This document shows positions 1 to 8,846 of a stretch of 64,000 nt of DNA, piece by piece. The stretch's first letter is position 1. Every line of letters begins with the position of its first letter. Origin of the DNA: an uncultured Flavobacterium sp. (lineage in GTDB: Bacteria > Bacteroidota > Bacteroidia > Flavobacteriales > Flavobacteriaceae); contig CAZHVE010000001.1 in assembly GCA_964535705.1 (NCBI GenBank), positions 56,960 through 120,959 of the forward strand, in the 5' to 3' direction. Under the pieces are notes generated by a model. That model searched no databases. It was given only the letters and a program-made list of their open reading frames with translations, and was not told where the DNA came from. A program made the translations under genes and the position numbers.

Positions 1-140
1 ACCCCTGATGGATAGCGATCCCCAATTTGAAGCCCAGCCACTTTACTTGGACTAACTTCCATTTTGTTGATTAATTTGCCAATCATATCATATACTTTCA
101 CTTCTACATTTTTTGCACTCGAGGTGGTGATGTTCAAAAA
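1..140 (-). pseudogene. Fragment of a T9SS type-A C-terminal sorting domain (runs off the window start)
   Basis: Minus-strand translation FLNITTSSAKNVEVKVYDMIGKLINKMEVSPSKVAGLQIGDRYPSG resembles Flavobacterium CTD-A. The upstream YPNP motif and any cargo domain are absent. Confidence 0.6.
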
Positions 141-215
141 CGGTATAAAGGACGCGAAAAAAATCACCAAGGGGTAAAAATTTAAAACATTACAATTCTG
201 TAGCTCGATTTTTTG

Positions 216-223
216 TAGCTTTG
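216..223 (+). promoter_or_regulatory. Bacteroidota -7 promoter element (TAGCTTTG) of the TA operon
   Basis: Matches TAnnTTTG, about 20 bp upstream of the ATG at 243. Confidence 0.55.
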
Positions 224-242
224 TGTTTTAAAAGATTAAATT

Positions 243-449
243 ATGGAATTTACTATAAAAATAGATCCAAGAAAAAAGGAAGCAAAAGCACTGTTGGAGT
301 ATCTGAGAAACTTACCATTTGTTGAATTTGAGTTAGAAAAACGGCGTTATAATGCCGAAACAGAAAAAGCAATACAAGAGGCAAGAAATGGAATTGGAGT
401 AACCAAAGTAAAAAATGTTGCCGATTTGTTTCAAAAACTGAATGCATAG
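243..449 (+). CDS. Type II antitoxin (RelB/DinJ-like)
   Basis: 68 aa with C-terminal NAETEKAIQEARNG...VADLFQKL typical of DinJ/RelB-type antitoxins; directly precedes a YafQ-like frame. Confidence 0.75.
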   Translation: MEFTIKIDPRKKEAKALLEYLRNLPFVEFELEKRRYNAETEKAIQEARNGIGVTKVKNVADLFQKLNA

Positions 450-722
450 ATATACACCATATCCTTTTCAAATAAATTCAAAAAAGACTATAAACTTTGT
501 CTAAAAAGAGGATATGATATTGCTAAACTGGAAGAAGTTATTAATTTATTAGCAATAAATGGTAAACTTCCTGCAAAATATAAACCTCACGTTTTAAAAG
601 GAAATTATCACGGTTTATGGGAATGTCATATAAAGCCCGATTGGCTTTTAATTTGGCTACAAGAGGATAATGAACTTACGTTACTATTTATCAATACAGG
701 AACCCGCAGCGACTTATTTTAG
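450..722 (+). pseudogene. yafQ: YafQ-family mRNA interferase toxin, probably inactivated (ATA in place of ATG; catalytic His->Arg)
   Basis: Manual translation IYTISFSNKFKKDYK...PHVLKGNYHGLWECHIKPDWLLIW...GTRSDLF*; the family consensus ends GTHSDLF. Confidence 0.8.
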
Positions 723-952
723 TCGCTTTTTTAGTACTACCAAAAAGTCATATAAAATAATCCAAAATGTATGGCTATTTGTCACTCCTTAGGAGTCGCA
801 ATGCACGAGAGTAGGGACGCTTTACAGCGTTACAAACAGGGTCATAAGATTGGATTAAATATAATAATGTATGGTATAAAAAGAATTAAAACTAGATTCT
901 ACAAATTACAGAAAGTAATGGGTTGCGGTTTGGATTTTAGTAAAAAATACTC

Positions 953-986
953 CACACTCCTCAAATTCTGGGACTTTGAGGATGTG
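953..986. repeat. REP-like hairpin
   Basis: CACA(C)TCCTCAAA-TTCTGGGAC-TTTGAGGATGTG inverted repeat. Confidence 0.45.
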
Positions 987-1052
987 TTTGTCAGTCTTTG
1001 ACTGAAAAAAATAAATAGCACAAAACTAAATCGGTTGAAAACCGAAAGACCC

Positions 1053-1083
1053 TAGCTCAAAGTCGTAGACTTTGCGGAGCGAG
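1053..1083. repeat. REP-like hairpin (CAAAGTC-GTA-GACTTTG)
   Basis: Perfect 7-bp stem with extended flanks; shares GACTTTG with the 953-986 hairpin. Confidence 0.45.
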
Positions 1084-1113
1084 TTCAGGGGATGGGATTA
1101 TTTATGTTTTTTT

Positions 1114-1145
1114 CCTCACCCCAGCCCTCTCCGAAAGAGAGGGAG
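1114..1145. repeat. CCTCACCCCAGCCCTCTCC...GAGAGGGAG REP-like palindrome
   Basis: GC-rich CCCTCTC-N5-GAGAGGG hairpin of a widespread extragenic repeat type. Confidence 0.55.
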
Positions 1146-1226
1146 ATGAAGCCGGATTTTGTTATTGCTTTTTATTTTTTTAATCTGAATACTCCAAACT
1201 GCAAACTAAAATACTGCAAACTGATT

Positions 1227-1301
1227 TTACCCGCCCACGCGTTTTACCTTAAATCCTTTTTCTTTTAAAAGCTCCATTATTTTATCGCGGTAATCGCCTT
1301 G
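1227..1301 (-). pseudogene. yciH: 3' remnant of SUI1/YciH translation initiation factor
   Basis: Minus-strand QGDYRDKIMELLKEKGFKVKRVGG* matches the C-terminus of Bacteroidota SUI1 proteins. An in-frame stop lies 5 codons upstream and there is no N-terminus. Confidence 0.75.
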
Positions 1302-1603
1302 ATTTAGTATGCTAAGTTAACTATGCTACCGCGGTGAAATTGTTGCTTGGTCAGGACGCATGAGAATCTTTGTCTTGAGGAGCAATAAACAAGCTCTTGA
1401 ACAGCAGTATATTTCATTTTAGACATTTTTTCTCAGTCTTTATTTATTTTTTGAAGAAAAGAGTTTCGAAACGAAAGTAAAAAAAAAACGATATACGCCT
1501 GATAATAAGTATTTTTATTCTTAACTTTATAGAGAAGATTAGTGGGTAATTTCCTGTTTTTTTAGGTACGATTAAGACTTAATCCCATTAAAAATAAAAC
1601 CAA

Positions 1604-2701
1604 ATGAAAGGAGCCATAAAACTAGGAAAAATTGCGGGAATCGATCTATTTATCCATTGGACTTTTTCGTTGCTCATTCTGTTCATTGTTTACATCAATC
1701 ACAAGGCGGGTCAAAATGCGACACAAATTTTATGGTCGGTGTCGTTTATTTTATGCCTTTTTACAACTGTTATTTTGCATGAATTAGGGCATGCACTGAC
1801 AGCAAAAAAATACAATATCAAAACCATAGACATTACCCTTTTGCCTATTGGCGGCATGGCTCGATTAGAAAGGCTTCCCGAAAAACCTTCAGAAGAATTA
1901 GCGGTTGCTTTTGCAGGTCCTTTGGTAAATATAGTCTTGGCGCTAATTACCAGTTTGTTTATTACCCTGCCCAATACTTCGGAGCAAATGCTTTCCCAAT
2001 TATCAAATGGGGTCAACTCGAATAATTTCTTGCTGAATTTCTTTTTGGTAAACATCGTGTTAGCCGTTTTTAATTTAATTCCGGCATTCCCAATGGATGG
2101 CGGAAGGGTATTACGAGCCCTTTTATCCTATAAATTAGAAAGACATGTTGCCACAAAAATTGCGGCACGAATTGGCCAGATACTGGCAATAGGCTTTATT
2201 TTCCTAGGTTTCTTTTCCAATCCATTCTTGATATTTATTGGACTATTCGTATTTATGGGTGCCCAAATTGAGTCGGAATATACCGAGTCAAAACACCTGC
2301 TTAAGGGCTTTACAGTTCGGGATGTGCTGATGAAACACTATCAAACTATGGATGTTAATGAAAATCTAGAAACCGCTGTAGCCATGTTACTTGACGGCTC
2401 GTACAAGAATTTTTTAGTAACTCAAGAAAACTTACCCGTAGGGACACTTAACCGCGATCAAATTATAGAAGCGCTTTCTAAAAAAGAGGAAGAAACAAAG
2501 CTGTCTTCCATTATGGACAGCCATTTAATTCTACTTCAAGCCGACTCCTTTTTGGAAGATATTTTTGAGCTTGTTTACAAAAACAAATCCACTTTAATGC
2601 TCGTCATGGAAAACGACCAACTCATCGGCACCCTAGATACCGAAAATCTTTTGGAGTTTATTTTGATAAAAGAGTTTAAATCAAAAGGAGCACATGTTTA
2701 A
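1604..2701 (+). CDS. Site-2 protease (M50) with C-terminal CBS pair
   Basis: HELGH and FNLIPAFPMDGGR motifs, TM segments, CBS domains (VRDVLM...). Confidence 0.92.
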   Translation: MKGAIKLGKIAGIDLFIHWTFSLLILFIVYINHKAGQNATQILWSVSFILCLFTTVILHELGHALTAKKYNIKTIDITLLPIGGMARLERLPEKPSEELAVAFAGPLVNIVLALITSLFITLPNTSEQMLSQLSNGVNSNNFLLNFFLVNIVLAVFNLIPAFPMDGGRVLRALLSYKLERHVATKIAARIGQILAIGFIFLGFFSNPFLIFIGLFVFMGAQIESEYTESKHLLKGFTVRDVLMKHYQTMDVNENLETAVAMLLDGSYKNFLVTQENLPVGTLNRDQIIEALSKKEEETKLSSIMDSHLILLQADSFLEDIFELVYKNKSTLMLVMENDQLIGTLDTENLLEFILIKEFKSKGAHV

Positions 2702-3857
2702 TGCCGAAACTACACTTTCCGAAACAAAATATGCAGCGTTAGTTCATAGCGGTGAAGATTATTTTTCTCGGCTGGAAGGGATTATTTTAGAATCTAAATC
2801 TGAAATCCACATTCAAACCTATATTTTTGAATATGATGGCATTGGAAAAAGAATCATTGCTGCACTGAAAATAGCGGCTTCGCGCCATGTCAAAATATAC
2901 ATTTTATTAGACGGTTTTGGCTCGTTTTCGTTCCCAAAACAGGTGTTGAACGATCTCAAACAAAACGGAATTCACATTCGGTTTTTCTCTCCTTTTTTCT
3001 CCGCAAATTCTTTTTATCTTGGTAGAAGACTGCATCATAAAGTAATAGTTTCTGATTGCAAAATAGCCTTAATTGGAGGGATCAATATTGCCAACAAATA
3101 CCATGGAACCGAAAATTCAAAGCCATGGCTAGACTATGCTGTTCAATTGGATGATGAAAAAATTGGGGCAGCACTCTCTAAGCTGTGTTGGAACATTTAT
3201 TACAGGAAAAGAGTCGGGAACAGAAAAAAAACAGCCTCTGCTGATTATTGCAATAAAACCGTTGCCGTTCAAATTCTTCAAAATGATTGGTTGAAAAGGA
3301 AAAAAGAAATCTTAGATACGTACATAAAATCCATTGGCAAAGCCAAAAATGAAATCGTAATTGTGGGAAGTTATTTCCTTCCCGGTAGAAAATTGATTGC
3401 CACCTTAAAAAAAGCATCCCAAAATAAGGTAAAAATCAAGTTAATCCTATCTGGAATTTCAGACCTTCCCATGGCAAGACGTGCTAGTTGCTATTTATAT
3501 TCAAAATTGTTGCGGTATAACATTGAACTATACGAATGGAAATCATCTATTTTACACGGAAAAGCAGCGATTGTGGACAATACTTGGACGACCATTGGTT
3601 CTTTTAACCTGAATAATTTGAGTTCGTTTGCAAGCATCGAAATGAATGTGGGAATCAACTCTGCCGAATTTTCTAATCATTATCTTTTACACCTCAACCA
3701 AATCATGGCGCAATGCGAAAGAATAACCTCTGAATCCCTAGAATTAAGCGATGGAGTACCTACTAGATTCATCAACTGGGTTTCGTATTGGATTACAAGA
3801 ACAATCGAGATCCTCGTTACCTACTTGCCCCATAAACGATTCAGAGGACTGTATTGA
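2694..3857 (+). CDS. Phospholipase D / cardiolipin synthase (ClsB-like)
   Basis: Two HxKxxxxD motifs (LHHKVIVSD...GGINI; LHGKAAIVD...GSFNL). Confidence 0.88.
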   Translation: MFNAETTLSETKYAALVHSGEDYFSRLEGIILESKSEIHIQTYIFEYDGIGKRIIAALKIAASRHVKIYILLDGFGSFSFPKQVLNDLKQNGIHIRFFSPFFSANSFYLGRRLHHKVIVSDCKIALIGGINIANKYHGTENSKPWLDYAVQLDDEKIGAALSKLCWNIYYRKRVGNRKKTASADYCNKTVAVQILQNDWLKRKKEILDTYIKSIGKAKNEIVIVGSYFLPGRKLIATLKKASQNKVKIKLILSGISDLPMARRASCYLYSKLLRYNIELYEWKSSILHGKAAIVDNTWTTIGSFNLNNLSSFASIEMNVGINSAEFSNHYLLHLNQIMAQCERITSESLELSDGVPTRFINWVSYWITRTIEILVTYLPHKRFRGLY

Positions 3858-3996
3858 AATCTACAATAAGGAAAATAACCGTCTCTAATAAAACCCATTC
3901 TTCTGTTTTAGTAAAGAAAAATTCACTAAATTTATAATAATGATTCAACATTATTATTACACGAATCTAGGCGAAGTATTTAGAAAAAAGATGAAA

Positions 3997-4905
3997 ATGG
4001 CATTTGTAGACTACTACAAAATATTGGGAATCGACAAAAACGCAACCGAAGCCGAGGTGAAAAAAACGTACCGAAAACTTGCCCGAAAATACCATCCCGA
4101 TTTAAATCCCAACGACAAAGCAGCCGAGTTAAAATTCAAGGAAGTCAATGAAGCTAACGAAGTATTAAGCCATCCTGAAAATCGCAAAAAATACGATCAA
4201 TATGGCGAAGACTGGAAACATTCTGAAGAATTTGAGAAACAAAGACGGCAACAACAATCTAGCAGTCGTGGGGGGCAGCCCAAAGGTTTTGCGGGATATG
4301 GAGGATTCTCGGGTGGCGGAGATTATTCTGATTTTTTCGAGTCCATGTTTGGCGGGCATTCTAAAGGAGGAAGAAGTCGGACTGCACAGTCGAAAGGTGG
4401 CGATTACAATGCCGAATTGCATTTGGATTTAAAAGATGTTTACACCACCCACAAACGTACCTTGACCATTAACGGCAAGAATATTCGGCTTACCATTCCC
4501 GCAGGTGTTGAAAATGGTCAGGTTATAAAAATCAGCGGGATGGGTGCTGAAGGTTTAAATGATGGTCCAAAAGGAGATTTGTACATTACCTTCACCATTG
4601 AAAACCGAACCAAATTTAAGCTGGAAAAACACCATCTTTATTCCACTGTGGAATTGGACTTGTACAGCGCCATTTTGGGTGGCGAAATTACAGTTGAGAC
4701 TTTTGATGGAAAAGTAAAACTGAAAGTACTGCCGGGAACCCAAAACGGCACCAAAGTAAAACTAAAAGGAAAAGGCTTTCCTGTCTATAAAAAAGAGGGC
4801 GTGTTTGGCGATTTGTATATAACTTATCAAATCGGCATACCCACAAATCTTAGCGAAAAAGAAAAAGAATTGTTTGAAGAACTCGCCAAGTTAAAAATGA
4901 CTTAA
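3997..4905 (+). CDS. cbpA: J-domain co-chaperone CbpA/DnaJ class II
   Basis: DYYKILG, HPD motif, G/F-rich linker, DnaJ C-terminal domain without zinc finger; start placed at MAFVDYY. Confidence 0.85.
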   Translation: MAFVDYYKILGIDKNATEAEVKKTYRKLARKYHPDLNPNDKAAELKFKEVNEANEVLSHPENRKKYDQYGEDWKHSEEFEKQRRQQQSSSRGGQPKGFAGYGGFSGGGDYSDFFESMFGGHSKGGRSRTAQSKGGDYNAELHLDLKDVYTTHKRTLTINGKNIRLTIPAGVENGQVIKISGMGAEGLNDGPKGDLYITFTIENRTKFKLEKHHLYSTVELDLYSAILGGEITVETFDGKVKLKVLPGTQNGTKVKLKGKGFPVYKKEGVFGDLYITYQIGIPTNLSEKEKELFEELAKLKMT

Positions 4906-4995
4906 GAGCATAAAAAATATTACTCTTAAAACCTTAAAATCAGAAGGTTATTCGTATATTTGAGAAGCCCTTTAAAAAAATTAACTCCTTTGTTG

Positions 4996-5778
4996 ATGGA
5001 TACTATTTTTAAAATAATCGAATTATTAAAGGCTTTCTTGCTAGATATTGGTGAACTCTCCCATTTTGCTGGTCGTTTTTTCAGGGAAGTTTTTAAACGC
5101 CCCTGGGAATTTAAGGAATTTATTCGGCAATGTTTTTATATGGGAAACCGTTCCTTACTCTTGGTAGGTGTTACAGGTTTCATAATCGGATTAGTTTTTG
5201 ACCTTCAGTCAAGACCTACACTACAAGAATTTGGGGCTGTTTCCTGGATGCCCAATATGGTTAGCATCTCCATCATTCGAGAAATAGGTCCCATTATTAC
5301 TGCCTTGATATGTGCTGGACGAATCGGTTCTGGAATTGGTGCTGAGTTGGGCTCCATGAGAGTTACGGAACAAATTGACGCCATGGAAGTTTCGGGAACA
5401 AATCCCTTTAAATATTTAGTAGTTACCCGAATTTTGGCTACCACCTTAATGCTTCCCATTTTAGTTTTTTTTGGTGACTTTATAGCTATATACGGTTCTT
5501 ATTTAGTTGAAAACATTAAAGGGAATGTGTCCTTTTTATTGTATTACAACAAGGTTTTTACCGCCTTGGAATTTGGCGACTTGATCCCGGCAACCATTAA
5601 GACTTTCTTTTTTGGCTTTGCTATCGGCCTAGTGGGTTGTTTCAAAGGATATAATTGTAAAAAAGGAACTGCTGGGGTAGGACTCGCCGCTAATTCTGCC
5701 GTGGTTTTCACCTCAATGTTACTTTTTATAATTGACTTTGTTGCTGTATTTATTACTGATATTTTTTATGATTTATAA
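4996..5778 (+). CDS. mlaE: MlaE-family ABC permease
   Basis: REIGPIITALICAGRIGSGIGAELGSMRVTEQIDAME motif. Confidence 0.9.
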   Translation: MDTIFKIIELLKAFLLDIGELSHFAGRFFREVFKRPWEFKEFIRQCFYMGNRSLLLVGVTGFIIGLVFDLQSRPTLQEFGAVSWMPNMVSISIIREIGPIITALICAGRIGSGIGAELGSMRVTEQIDAMEVSGTNPFKYLVVTRILATTLMLPILVFFGDFIAIYGSYLVENIKGNVSFLLYYNKVFTALEFGDLIPATIKTFFFGFAIGLVGCFKGYNCKKGTAGVGLAANSAVVFTSMLLFIIDFVAVFITDIFYDL

Positions 5779-5787
5779 AACTTCTAG

Positions 5788-6528
5788 ATGAACAAACAAA
5801 AAATTGTCATAGAAATAAAAGACTTACGAAAAAGTTATGGAGATAATCATGTTTTAAATGGTTTCAATATGCGTTTGGTCGAAGGAGAGAATTTGGTTAT
5901 TATGGGAAAATCGGGCTCCGGAAAATCGGTGATGATAAAATGTTTGATTGGACTCGAAGAATATGATCGTGGAACTATCATGGTAATGGGCAAAGACATT
6001 AGCAAACTTGAACATGAGGAATTGGATGAACTTCGAACTGAAGTTGGATTTCTTTTTCAAGGTAGTGCCCTTTATGATTCGATGACGGTCAGGGAAAATT
6101 TGGAGTTTCCTTTAAGACGACATACTAAGAAGTTTGGTAAAATAAAAGACACCACGCCAATGGTGATGGAAGCACTTGAAAATGTAGGTTTAGCCCACAC
6201 CATAAACTTGATGCCTGAAGAACTTTCAGGAGGAATGAAACGCCGGGTTGCATTGGCTAGAACCTTGATACTCCAACCCAGTATTATTCTTTATGATGAA
6301 CCTACAACCGGATTAGACCCCATAACAGCAAAAGAAATATTGTTGTTGATGATTTCTATCCAAAAAAAATACAATACCTCATCCATCATTATTACACATG
6401 ATGTGGATTGTGCAAGAGCGATTTCGAATCGAATGATTTTATTAGTCGATGGTATCAATTATGCTGAAGACACTTTTGAAGAATTAATTGCTTCAAACGA
6501 CCCCAAAATACAAGCATTCTTTAAATAA
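5788..6528 (+). CDS. mlaF: MlaF-family ABC ATP-binding protein
   Basis: GKSGSGKS, LSGGMKRRVALAR, LYDEPTTGLDP. Confidence 0.9.
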   Translation: MNKQKIVIEIKDLRKSYGDNHVLNGFNMRLVEGENLVIMGKSGSGKSVMIKCLIGLEEYDRGTIMVMGKDISKLEHEELDELRTEVGFLFQGSALYDSMTVRENLEFPLRRHTKKFGKIKDTTPMVMEALENVGLAHTINLMPEELSGGMKRRVALARTLILQPSIILYDEPTTGLDPITAKEILLLMISIQKKYNTSSIIITHDVDCARAISNRMILLVDGINYAEDTFEELIASNDPKIQAFFK

Positions 6529-6536
6529 GCAATAAA

Positions 6537-7529
6537 ATGGAAAAAACAACCTCACAAAAAATTAGACTTGGTCTTTTTGTAATCATCGGATTATTGATTT
6601 TCATACTTGCCGTTTATTTTATTGGCGACAAGCAGAAAATGTTTGGAAAAACAAATCATTTGGAAGCTGTTTTCAACAATGTAAATGGTCTGCAATTGGG
6701 AAATAATGTTCGCTATTCCGGAATAAGTGTGGGAACAGTTCGTGGGATTGAGATGGTTAATGATACGACCATTCGTGTCGATATGATAATAGATAAAACC
6801 ATTTTTCCTCACATTAAAAAAAATGCCATTGCCACAATTGGTTCTGATGGATTGGTGGGGAACATGATTATTAACATTATTCCAAGTGAAGGCGATGAGA
6901 CTTCTGTTCAACCCGGCGACGAGATTCGTTCCCGTAATCGTGTGAGTACCGACGATATTTTTAACACCCTTAGCAAAACTAATAAAAATGCTGCCACTCT
7001 TAGCGCCAATTTACTTAAAATCACCGATAAAATGATTGACGGAAAAGGAACTATGGGTTCCTTGCTCAACGACACCTTACTGTCGAGAGACCTCAAAGAA
7101 ACCATGCGTTATTTAAAAATAACGGGGAAAGGAGCCTCTGAAACAGTGCTCAAATTAAACCAACTTATCGAATCTTTAGACAACAAGGACAATGTTATTG
7201 GGGTCATAAAAGATTCGGCTGTAGCCCAAAAATTAAAAAATATGGTCACTAATTTAGATCAGTCAAGTGTTGGGATTGATAAAACGATTACGAACCTTAA
7301 TGCAACCATTCAAAATATCAAAGAAGGGAAAGGCGCTATTAATTATCTTTCTAATGACCCCAAATTAGTCAGAAAAATTGATTCGACAGTGACCAATATT
7401 AACCAAGCTAGTTTCCGATTGAATGAGAACCTAGAAGCCTTAAAACACAATTTTTTGTTTAGGGCTTATTTTAGAAAATTAGAAACCGAAAAGGTGAAAG
7501 CTGCCCAATTGGGCAAAACTAAAAAGTAG
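6537..7529 (+). CDS. mlaD: MlaD/MCE-family protein
   Basis: N-terminal TM, GLQLGNNVRYSGISVGTV MCE motif, helical C-terminal region. Confidence 0.88.
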   Translation: MEKTTSQKIRLGLFVIIGLLIFILAVYFIGDKQKMFGKTNHLEAVFNNVNGLQLGNNVRYSGISVGTVRGIEMVNDTTIRVDMIIDKTIFPHIKKNAIATIGSDGLVGNMIINIIPSEGDETSVQPGDEIRSRNRVSTDDIFNTLSKTNKNAATLSANLLKITDKMIDGKGTMGSLLNDTLLSRDLKETMRYLKITGKGASETVLKLNQLIESLDNKDNVIGVIKDSAVAQKLKNMVTNLDQSSVGIDKTITNLNATIQNIKEGKGAINYLSNDPKLVRKIDSTVTNINQASFRLNENLEALKHNFLFRAYFRKLETEKVKAAQLGKTKK

Positions 7530-7801
7530 CCCATTTAGAATAAAAATATGTTTTCGAAACAATAAATAGTTATCCCCAAAACGCCCCTAAAATTTTTATA
7601 AAAACCTAGAAACCTAGAAAAAGAGATTACAGTCAACATTTTTTAAATCCTCTCTTCCAAATTTATTGGAAATTTTAGGAGTATTGAAATCAATATTGAT
7701 AAGAATCTTAAACATGATTTCTATGCAAATCTATTATTCTAGGCATTGGAAACTGCAAATAGTCTATGGCATTATTACGAATGTTTACTAAAAAATAAAT
7801 C

Positions 7802-8845
7802 ATGGTTACAATAGAAAAAATTGGAATAATACTGAGTCCCACCAACAATGAATTTGAAAACAATGGTGTGTTAAATCCCGGAATATATCAGGAAGGAAAT
7901 ACTGTACATATTTTATATCGAGCAGTACAAAACGGAAATATTTCGACTATAGGTTATGCAAAAACCGATGGTCCATTTAATATTGTCGAAAGACGAAATT
8001 ATCCCTTGATTAACCGGGATTTCGATTATGAAAGTCGCGGAGTGGAAGATGCGCGAATCGTCAAAATTGAAGATACTTATTACATAACCTACACGGCTTA
8101 TGATGGTTCAAATGCAATGGGAGCACTCGCCACTTCAAAAGATTTGGTCACTTTTGAAAAACATGGAATAATCACGCCAAAAATAAACTATGAAAATTAT
8201 GAACGCTATGCGCTTTGCAATGGCTATAAACTAAATCCAAAATACCATCATTACTATCGGCTTCATAAAGAAATGGGATTAATTAATGACGATTTACGAT
8301 TACTAAGAGACAAAGATGTGGTACTTTTTCCAAGAAAAATAAAAGGGAAGTTTGTCATGTTACACCGAATCTGGCCTGGAATTCAGATTGTATTTTTTGA
8401 CCATTGGAGTGAATTGACAGACCTATTTTGGAAAAAATATATCGAAAATCTGGCGGATTATATTGTTCTTGATCCGAAGGGAATTTTCGAAGTAAATTAC
8501 ATTGGAGCTGGAGGCCCTCCTATCGAAACGGCTGATGGCTGGTTACTAATTTACCACAGTGCACAAGAAACAACAACAGGGTGTATTTATCATGCCAAGG
8601 CTGCCTTATTGCAATTAGACAAACCCGAAGTTGAAATCTCAAGATTGGATATGCCGCTCTTCTCCCCCACCAAAAATTGGGAAATAGAAGGAGAAGTCAA
8701 CGATGTTGTCTTCCCCACCGGTCACGCCTTGTTTGGAGAAGATCTCTATATCTATTATGGGGCTGCTGACAAACATATAGCTGTTGTTAAAATGAAAATC
8801 CATGAAGTGTTGAATGAATTAAAAAACAATCCTAAAAATAAATAA
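7802..8845 (+). CDS. GH130-family glycosidase/phosphorylase (five-bladed propeller)
   Basis: VLNPG, GVEDARI, YITYTAYDG, DKDVVLFP, VVFPTG, YYGAAD motifs. Confidence 0.8.
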   Translation: MVTIEKIGIILSPTNNEFENNGVLNPGIYQEGNTVHILYRAVQNGNISTIGYAKTDGPFNIVERRNYPLINRDFDYESRGVEDARIVKIEDTYYITYTAYDGSNAMGALATSKDLVTFEKHGIITPKINYENYERYALCNGYKLNPKYHHYYRLHKEMGLINDDLRLLRDKDVVLFPRKIKGKFVMLHRIWPGIQIVFFDHWSELTDLFWKKYIENLADYIVLDPKGIFEVNYIGAGGPPIETADGWLLIYHSAQETTTGCIYHAKAALLQLDKPEVEISRLDMPLFSPTKNWEIEGEVNDVVFPTGHALFGEDLYIYYGAADKHIAVVKMKIHEVLNELKNNPKNK

Positions 8846-8846
8846 C

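Noticed and set aside
771..1001. 76-aa ORF in the ORF track
   Set aside because: No recognisable motif; runs through REP-like hairpins; likely spurious
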